Assembly (NCBI RefSeq): GCF_009914755.1
Contig: NC_060929.1
Reading direction: 5' to 3' (one strand)
From: the human T2T-CHM13v2.0 reference genome, Homo sapiens
DNA: 64,000 nt
In this document: positions 55,054-64,000 of the stretch, piece by piece
How the letters are laid out: each line of letters begins with the position of its first letter
Numbering within the stretch: position 1 is the first letter of the stretch
Position numbers and translations under genes: made by a program
The notes under the pieces: model-generated
Seen by the model: only the letters and a program-made list of their open reading frames with translations
Database searches by the model: none
Told to the model about the DNA's origin: nothing

Positions 55054-57039
55054 CCATCCTGACTCTCACAGTATTTAAAAACAAACATCTTGAGTTTAGA
55101 AAATGCATTGCTTTGTTGGTAAATCAAAGCTGTGTGTGCATGGTTCAGAGATTAATTAATTTTTTTGTGATACATTACTTAGATTACTATGCTTGAGGAC
55201 AGTCCACTCATTTTTTTAAAGTTGCAACAAGATTCATTCCCATATTTTTACCTAAATTCTGGGCAGATAGGTTACAGTCAATATGCTTTAATTATCCCAT
55301 TGGCCAATGGACCTTCTCAATAACAAAATGAGATATGACCTGCCCCCAAATGTGAAGAGATCTAGATACTATCGAAGTAGAAAAACTATGCTTTATTACC
55401 ATTGTAATACCTTCTACTGATAATCTTATTCTGTAGCTTGTGGCCCCCTCACACCCAGGTTCCTCATGTTGCTTCTTAATCTTCCATCGTCCATATTCCT
55501 GGGACCTTACCAGTTTCTTTTCTGCTGCTAGAGTTTATCATAACTCTCTTTTAATGTACACATTCAATGAAAAGTATTTAAAAATTTTTAAAGTATAAGG
55601 ACATTAACAAAATCTCTCATGATCTCACTATCCAGGATAATTATTTTTTAAACTATTTTGGTACATATCCTTCAAACCATTTTTTCCAACCCGACTTCCT
55701 TTAAAAGTTGTTATAATACTATATAAATACATATTTACTTAACCTTATTTTATCAACTTTCTAAACATTTATTCTGGAAGGTGTTGATGGTGCCTTTTCT
55801 CCATTATTTAAATTTCAAGAAATAAGAAATACCAAATGCATGTAAATCTGCAATATAAAAAGAAGTTAATTCACAAAGCTCAAAACTAAAAATATCATAT
55901 GTGAACAATGCCAACATTACTCTTTGCCTAAAATATTTGAGTATGAAACCTGTATCCATTCATGAATCAATATTTGTTGAATGCTCATTAAATGCTGTGA
56001 GAAACACTGCGAGGAGCACAGTATTTTGCAATGCAATGGGATGTGATGGTCAGGAGTACTGCCCCGTCAAGCATTATTTGTGTGATCGTGGAGTAACCGT
56101 TTCTATACATGTCAGGTTCTTCACTAGACTTTGGGCTCCTTGACTTTAGGATACATAATTCATTTTTGAATCACTAGCACCTAACACAAAACATAACACA
56201 TATTGGGTGGTTAATGAATTGAATTAAACAGCAGGACTATATTGGATAATTTTTATCCAACTTAAATTCTAATTTTGATGAATAATTCCTAAGCTATATA
56301 TCAATCATTCATCACTAAAAAGACACCTAACTTTGGTTTTTCACATATATCAAATTCTTATACTGTGACAGCCAATGTGTTTTAAATATATTGGCTGTAA
56401 CCTTCACAAACTCTAAGGGGTAAAGGCCCTTGTTTTTATGATTTTATAACTGAGGTTTCGAATATTAATTTTCTCAAGTTCTCATAGCAAGTGAAGAACA
56501 GTATGTGAATCCAATTTCAACACCCACTATAGCAGACTGTTTCACAGATGATACCTTAAAGGAAGGCACCGAAGTTCAGGCGACTAGAACTTTCAGAAAT
56601 TAAAATCATCACTAGCTTAAAAGCAAACTGTAAAGGTCCTATATTTGCATTTTTTTTTTTTTCGGAGGAGGGACCAACAATTGTGACATGCTACTCTAGA
56701 TGAAATAACTCAGCTTTGTTAAGTAGAGGTAAAACATACTAGAAAGTTTTCTTGTACTGTATTAATTTCTCAATCCTGCATGTGAAGAAGGATATTTTCA
56801 AAGTGAGACTTATCCCAAAAGACAGTGAATAAACTAAAAACAACTTCTTTTAAGGTTAAAGTAACAGGGTTTTACAAGCTTGAATATCTTATTCAAAATA
56901 TTCCAGATTGGAGGACTCATCTGTGAAAGTCTAAATGAAATTTATTCCATGTGACTAGAATTCAGACTTAAGAACAATGAAGAACAGTGAATGGAAATTC
57001 TTAGGGAAGTGAATCTAAGTCTTTAAATCATTTTAACAA

Positions 57040-57165
57040 TTACGGCTACCTGTCCCACAAGAGGGCAGGTGATTGTGTCTTTGATCTTTGTTACCAGGGC
57101 CTGGCATCATGTCTGACCTTGTAGTCACCTTTCAATGTTGATTTACTAAGTAAATGAATGGATGT
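57040..57165 (+). mobile_element. L2 3' end
   Basis: gagggcagg..ttgtgtc..cagggcctggca..aatgttg..aatgaatgg. Confidence 0.65.
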
Positions 57166-58089
57166 TCAAACAAACAGCATAAAAGGCTACTTGGTAAGGT
57201 AGTGGGTTCCTATTAATGGAAGATTAATTCTCAGTCTTGATGGGGACTCAGCAGTATTCTGTGGAAGGATTCCTGAAGAGCCTAGTATGAGAAAACCCTG
57301 GGACTAGGTAAAGTACAGATGCTCAGCTAGGAAAACCTGGCTGCCAGGTCAGGGTGGAGGTTAAAGTTGGACAATGAGCTAAGAATTCCTGCTTAGAAAG
57401 TAGATCAGTGCCAGTGCTGGGGGTGGGGCTGAGGCTGCAGAGCTGTACTAAGAGGTTCCAGCTGTCAGAGAACAGGCAGGCCATTTACATGAGTAAGTCT
57501 TAGATGCCTTTGATATACAAGATTTTAGCATTTTGATGAGTTAAGATTACTTGAACACTTGGAAAAATAAAATTGCAGATCTTTTCATAAACTGTTAGTA
57601 ATTACTAAAAAGAAATCATTTCCAGAAATAGTATGTTCAAATCAGTGGCTCTCAAATATGACAGTATAACTCCCAACTGTGAGTATTAATTCTGATTTAG
57701 GAGTGGGATGAAATTATTTCTAAGTTAACTTTTCACTTAAAAAAGAAAAAAAAAAACAGCCCTCTCCTCTCTTCCTACTACTAATAGAATATAATTATAC
57801 AGTTTTTAAAAGTTTTGGATGTTCTTTGATATATACAAATATTTCTTCACTTATATTTATGAATGTCAACAAAATAGTTTAAAAGTGAAAATTTAATTAA
57901 CACTTTTAACTTTTTTTGCATTATAGTAAATAATAGTCTGATTGTTTATATGTTAATTATGTTATTATCTATAATTTTAGTTTATAGGAGCCTAAGGTAT
58001 CTGTTTTAATATTTTCTAAAGTTAAAAAAAAAGATTCTCTCCACTTTAAATGTCAATTTTTCTTCTCTTCCAAATAATAAGAACTCTCA

Positions 58090-58480
58090 AATTTAGCTGA
58101 CTACCTTGCTGCCCTCCTCAAAGACTGGATTCCTCCTACCAATGACTATGGACAAATGAAAATATTTTGATCAATGAAAACTAAGTATTACATGTAACTT
58201 TCAGGAAATATGCTCAAAGGGATTTTGAGATATCCCTTCTCTTATTCCCTTTTCTTTTTTCCTGGGATGTGGATAGGATGACTAGGGCACAAGCAGCCAT
58301 CTTGTGCAATGAGGCAGGACTGAGAATGGTGGAGTATCACAAAGCTGCAAAACAGCTCTGAGCTGTTAAATTTGAATAATACTGAAAGTGAATAAATATT
58401 TATCGTATTTGGCATCTTATACTGATGTTGTTATTGTGATTGCTATTGTTAACGTTTTATGTAACTGAATGCTGATACAT
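58090..58480 (+). mobile_element. Old MLT1 LTR
   Basis: cctgggatgtgga..agcagccatcttgtg..tgagaatggtggag. Confidence 0.55.
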
Positions 58481-59809
58481 CAGAAGATTGAACTGTCATG
58501 AATAAACACACCCACATATTCTCACATTTGTGTAACACTGTTGTAACTGATTTGTATTGGAGCTGCTGAGCAACCTTTACATCTCTGACAGTGACACAAG
58601 TTTACCAAATACCTTTGGCAATTTGAACCATCATAAATTGACATCCATGACTGATGTATTTCTAAATCTTACCTTCTGGGAAACAGGAAAGCTATCTCAA
58701 AATCTTTCTCCAAACCTAGTACTCTCTAAGTTGTTAAAATATATATTTGGAAAATGAATCATATCTAATAGAGGGAATTTTTTAAAATAACATTTTTAAA
58801 ATTTAGATAAATTGCCATATTGTCATTTGAAGTCTGTAATAATATAAAAAATTTGTGATAAATATTATTTTATTTTAATAACACTACAGTTTTGGCTATT
58901 CATTCACATGATGTGTAGTAGAGTGCTTGTATTGAGACCTAGCTCCTTGTTTTTGCTCTGTGGTCTGATATCTTTTTATACCATGAGTTTGCTTTTCAAC
59001 ATAGACTTGACTGCAATAAGTCAACTGAAATTTTGCTGAGTACCGTTTATGAAACCTGGAGTCAAAGGCTCCTTCCTCGCCTTTGGGTGCTCAGGGCATT
59101 GTGCCAATATTTTGATTTGAGGTCATGTTATTCCTTTATTCATGCTGTTCACAATGTGGCTATTAAATGTATACCTATATTAAGAATTCCTGCTGTTATA
59201 ATAGGTGTACCAGATAAAACTCAAATCATGCGTAAATGCTCCATAGGGAAATTGGGCAAAGTCTGTGAAACTGGTTTTTTAAAAAGCATTAGGGATGTTT
59301 TAAGAACATCTTTAGTAGAAGCACCTAAATTACTTTTCTTTTTAAGTCTTGTTTTAAACAATAGTTCATCTGAGGCAAGAAAAATGTGTTAAGATTTTTG
59401 TGATTCTAAGAATATCTATGAAAGAAGATAATTGAGAAAATGCTTTACAACAAAAGTGATTCTAGGTAATTGTTCTTAAAAGTCATGTGTTAAAAATAAT
59501 ATCCAAAAGAGTTATGTTGTAGAAAAGATTTGCAATGCACTATTGTGCAAAAGTTACTAATACAGGTATGATTATCTTGTATACATAATAGAAGTCTGTA
59601 CTTATGAACATTCATCTATACAAATGGATCCTATAGCAGAGAAAGAAAGTAGGTTTTTCAATTTTATTTTAGCTGATTCTAATGTGGGACTAGGTGCACA
59701 GTTTGAAGAAATAAATTTATTTTTCTAATCATAAATAAGAGGTCAATGCCACAGATGTAGATATAGATAATATCTATATATCTATATCTATATGTTATTC
59801 ACTCACTTC

Positions 59810-60245
59810 ACTCTTTTAAGTTTTCAAATGTAATACACCTATATAAATGTGCATATATCATAAGTATACAACTCAATGGATTTTTGCGAACTGAAAATAC
59901 TCAGGTAACTAGGACTTAAGTAAAAAAAAAAAAAAATTGCCAACTTTCCAGATACCCACTTTTGCTCCCTTCAAGTCACAAGCTAACCACAATGGTAACC
60001 ACTATCCTGACTTCTAGTAGCATAGAGATTTTTGCTTTTTGGCACTTTTTTTCATTTTGAAAGTTGAGAACTCAAATATTTTCAGCTAAATTAAGAATGT
60101 GAAACAATTTTAAAAGTTCAGCTCGATGAAGTTTTACACATTTATACTTTTGTGTAACCACAATTCAGATCAAGATATAGATTTCTACCAATGCCAAGAT
60201 TATTCTCATGTTCCTCTCTAGCCAATAGTCATTCCCTTTCCAGAA
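59810..60245 (-). mobile_element. Old L1M 3'-end fragments (two)
   Basis: aagtatacaactcaatgga..ggtaaccactatcctgacttcta; second piece ttcagctcgatgaagtttt..cagatcaagatataga. Confidence 0.6.
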
Positions 60246-60869
60246 AGAGGCTTTGTTAGCTGCTGTGCTGGCTGCAGAGGCTAGAAGTGGATGAAACGTA
60301 GTCCTTGTCCCCAAGGAATATATAGTAGACAATCCAGATCTATAAGCAGGAAATTTCAATCTTGTGTGCTAAGGGTTATGATGGAGATAAGAAAGGAGTG
60401 CCCTGGGGCCCCCTCGGAAGGGCAGCTAGGTCCCTCTTAAAACATCAGGCAACTCAGTGAAAGCAATGATTAAACCAAGAGGTAAAAGATGGGAAGGGAC
60501 TAGCCAGGTAGAGAAAATACCAAAGAACTACATCTGTAGAAACCTAGAGGCCAGAAATCAAATGGCCTGGAGTTCAAGACGACTGTATCTTAAAATGTTA
60601 GGCAGAGAATGATAGCAAATGATCAGGAAAGATCATCAGAGACCAGGTCACATAAGAAATACGGACTTTGTCTTGAGGTTGTGGCAAATGCGACATGGTC
60701 AAATCTGAGCTTTAGAAAATTCACTGGCTATAGTTTGAGAGACCGAATTGGGAAGAGCAAGGCTGAACCTAGGGAGAAGAAAGGTGATAGTCTCAGGATT
60801 TTAAGTGACAATAGAACCAGAGACAAAATAACAAGAAATGTAGTCAACATTAAAGCCAACATTAATCAA

Positions 60870-61070
60870 GCCAGGTACTACTAAGTACTTGCATAACTTA
60901 TGTCCTGTGGATCCTCACCACAGCAACATGAGTAGATTTTATTAGCTCAATTTTACTGATGATGAAAGAGACATATAAAACTGAGCCACATGCTTAAAAA
61001 TCACACAGTAATTGATGGAGCCAAGAATCAAACTCAAAAAGTCTAACTCTAAGATTTGCCATCTTAAGTA
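60870..61070 (-). mobile_element. MIR
   Basis: atcctcaccacagc..atgagtag..tattag..ttttactgatgatgaaa..tcacacag..gagccaagaatcaaactc. Confidence 0.7.
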
Positions 61071-61263
61071 CTCTGAGAAAATTCTTCTTATTAACTCATT
61101 TAATTCATTATTAGCAAATGTCTTAAGTTTACATGAATTATAAATTTATAGAACTTTTCTCCATGGGAAGAAGCTGCTTAATTTTTCTCTTATTGAATCT
61201 GCATTCCCATCTTCACCTGTTCTTCCAAATATATAATAATTTCTCAGTTTTTATCTAAGGTAT

Positions 61264-63596
61264 TAACATGGTTTGACTGTGTCCCCACCCAACTCTCATC
61301 TTGAATTATGGTTCCCATAATCCCCATGTGTCCTAGGAGGGACCTGGTGGGTTGTAATTGAATCATGGGGATAGATATCCCCATGCTGCTGTTCTCATGA
61401 CAGCAAGTAAGTTCTCATGAGATCTAGTGGTTTTATAAAGGGCTTTTCCCTCTTTTGCTCAGCACTTGTCTCTTGACTGCTGCCATGTAAGACGTGTCTT
61501 TGCTCTTCCTTTGCCTTCCACCATGATTGTGAGGGCTCCCCAGCCATGTGGAACTGTGAGCCCATTAAACATCTACTTCTTTATAGAGTACTCAGTCTCA
61601 GGTATTAGCAGCGTGAGAACAGAGTAATACAGTAAGTTGGTACTGGTAGAGTTGGGTGCTGCTGTAAAGATACCCAGAAATGTGAAAACGACTTTGGAAC
61701 TGGGTAAGAGGCAGAAGTTGGAGCACTTTGGAGGGCTCAGAAGAAGAAAGGAAAATGTGGGAAGTCTGGATCTTTCTAGAGACTTGGGTGACTCAGAAAA
61801 CAGGAAGATGTGGGGAAGTTTGGAACTTTCTAGAGACTTGTTGAATGGCTTTGACCATAATGCTGATAGTGATATAGACAATAAAGTCCAGGCTGAGGTG
61901 GTCTCAGATGGAGATGAGTAACTTTTTGGGAACTGGAGCAATGTTCACTCTTGCTATGCAAAGGGACTGGCGGTATTTTGTCCTTGCCCTAGAGATCTGT
62001 GGAACTTTGATCTTGAGAGAGATGATTTAGGGTATCTGGGGGAAGAAATTTCTAAGTGGCAAAGCATTCAAGAGGAAGCAGGGCACAAAATTTGGAAAAT
62101 TTGCAGCCTGATGATGTGAAAGAAAAGAAAAACCCATTTTCTGGGGATAAATTCAAGCCTGCTGCAGAAATTTGCAGAAGTAACAAGGAATTGAATGTTA
62201 ATCACCAAGACAATGGGGAAATGTCTACAGGCCATGTCAGAATGCTTCATGGCAGCCCCTCCCATCAAAACCTGGAAGCCTAAGAGGAAAAAATGGTTTC
62301 CTATGCCAGGTTCAGGGCCCCCCTACTGTGTTTAGCCTAGGGACTTGGCTCCCTGCATCCCAGCAGCTCCAGCCATGACTGAAAGGGGCCAATGTATAGC
62401 TCGGGCCATGGCTTCAGAAGGTGCAAGACCCAACCCTTGGCAGCTTCCACATGGTGTTGAGCCTATAGGTGCACAGAAACCAAGAATTGAGGCTTGGGAA
62501 CCTATGCCTAGATTTCAGGGGATGTATGGAAACGTCTGGATGTTCAGGCAGAAGTTTGCTGCAGGGGTGGAATCCTTATGGAGAACCTCTGCTAGGGCAG
62601 TGTGGAAGGGAAATGTGGAGTTGGAGCCCCGACACAGAGTCCCCACTAGGGCATTATCTAATGGAGCTGTGAGAAGAGGACTACTGTCCTCCAGACCCCA
62701 TTATAGTAGGTCAGCCAACAGCTTGCACCATGCACCTAGAAAAGCCTCAGACACTCAATGCCAGCCCATGAAAGCAGCCAGGAGGGGAGCTTTAGCCCAC
62801 AAAGCCATTGGGGCGGAGCTGACCAAGGCTGTGGGACGCCCACTTCTTGCATCAGCATGACCAGGATTTGAGACATGGAGTCAAAGGAGATCGTTTTGGA
62901 ACTTTAAGGTTTAATGACTGTCCTATTGGATTTTGGACTTGCATGGGGCCTGTAGCCCCTTTGTTTTGGCCAGTTTCTCCCATTTAGAATGGGTGTATTT
63001 ACCTAATTCCTATACCTCCATTGTATTTGGGAAGTAACTACCTTGCTTTTGATTTTACAGGCTCATACGTGGAAGGGACTTGCCTTGTCTCAGGTGAGAC
63101 CTTGCACTTGAACTTTTGAGTTAATGCTGAAATGAGTTAAGACTTTGGGGGACTTTTGGGAAAGCATTATTGTGTTTTGAAATGTGAGGACATGAGATTT
63201 GGGAGGGGCCAGCGGTGGATTAATATGGCTTGGCTGTGTCCCCACCCAACTCTCATCTTAAATTGCAGTTCCTATAATCCCCATGTGTCCTGGAAGGGAT
63301 CCAGTGGGACATAATTGAATCATGGGGACGGTTACTCCCATGCTGCAGTTGTCATGATAGTGAGTGAGATCCTGTGAGATCTGATGGTTTTATAAGGAGC
63401 TTTTCTACCTTTTCCTCAGCACTTCTCTCTTGCCTGCCACCACGTAAGACATGCCTTTGCTCCTCCTTCATCTTCTGCCATGATTGTAAGGCCTCCCTAG
63501 CCATGTGGAACTGTGAGTCCATTAAACCTCTATTTCTTTATAAATTACCCAGTCTTGCGTATGTCTTTATTAGCAGGGTGAAAATAGATTTATACA
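61264..63596 (+). mobile_element. Complete THE1 (THE1D-like) element: LTR 61264-61631, internal 61632-63220, LTR 63221-63596
   Basis: Two direct LTRs; THE1-int start ttggtactggtagag..gctgtaaagataccc; purine tract before the 3' LTR; perfect TSD GGTAT (61259-61263, 63597-63601). Confidence 0.95.
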
Positions 63597-64000
63597 GGTA
63601 TCATCATAATAAAACTCACTAGCAAATTTTTAACTTTTCTGCTACTAATTTGCTAGATGAATTTAGTATATCATTTAAACTTGCTGGGCTTTATTTTCTT
63701 TGCAACAAACCAATAAACAAAACAAACCTCATTTTTATTCTATGTTGTTCTATTTGTCATCTAAATTCAGTGCACACTCCTTAACATAATACTCCAGACC
63801 CTCTGAATTCCTGATGCAGTCTGTGACTACACTCATTTTCCTCACTCCAAATGTCCACAGATCAGAAGATAAATCACCTGAAATTCTTGTTTTTCCTTGG
63901 ACATACCCAATTCTCTCATACTTGATTTTGTTCCTGTTTTGAAAGCTGTCTGCTTCTTTGTTAAAATGCAAGGCAGTATTCAAGGCCTAGATTTGGGAAT

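Noticed and set aside
59752-59795. TATAGA/TCTATA palindromic tract
   Set aside because: Self-complementary simple repeat with no further support.
61725-61845. About 53-bp internal duplication in THE1-int
   Set aside because: I recall it as a feature of some THE1 internal consensus sequences, so it is probably not locus-specific.
61573-62860. ORFs up to 171 aa
   Set aside because: Fragments of the degenerate THE1 internal region and their antisense frames.

Overview
AT-rich primate genomic DNA (AluY present, so probably human or another catarrhine), either intergenic or deep intronic. I find no supportable protein-coding gene, RNA gene or CRISPR array. Most of the longer supplied ORFs are Alu, L1, Tigger1 or LTR read-throughs, and the rest look like chance ORFs. 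The window is dominated by repeats: about 15 Alus, a near full-length Tigger1, an L1PA 3' end, old L1M/L2/MIR fragments, several solo LTRs (MST, THE1 x2, MLT2A2 nested in an older MLT2, MER50, MER57, MLT1), hAT MITEs and a complete THE1 LTR-int-LTR element. Repeat family names come from recall of consensus sequences, not from a database search. I did not find a convincing new biological system. The most notable oddities are an exon-shaped 145-bp duplication placed inside a DNA transposon, an AluY that escaped CpG decay next to a promoter-like MER57 LTR, a tailless TSD-less AluY, and several candidate non-coding exons.
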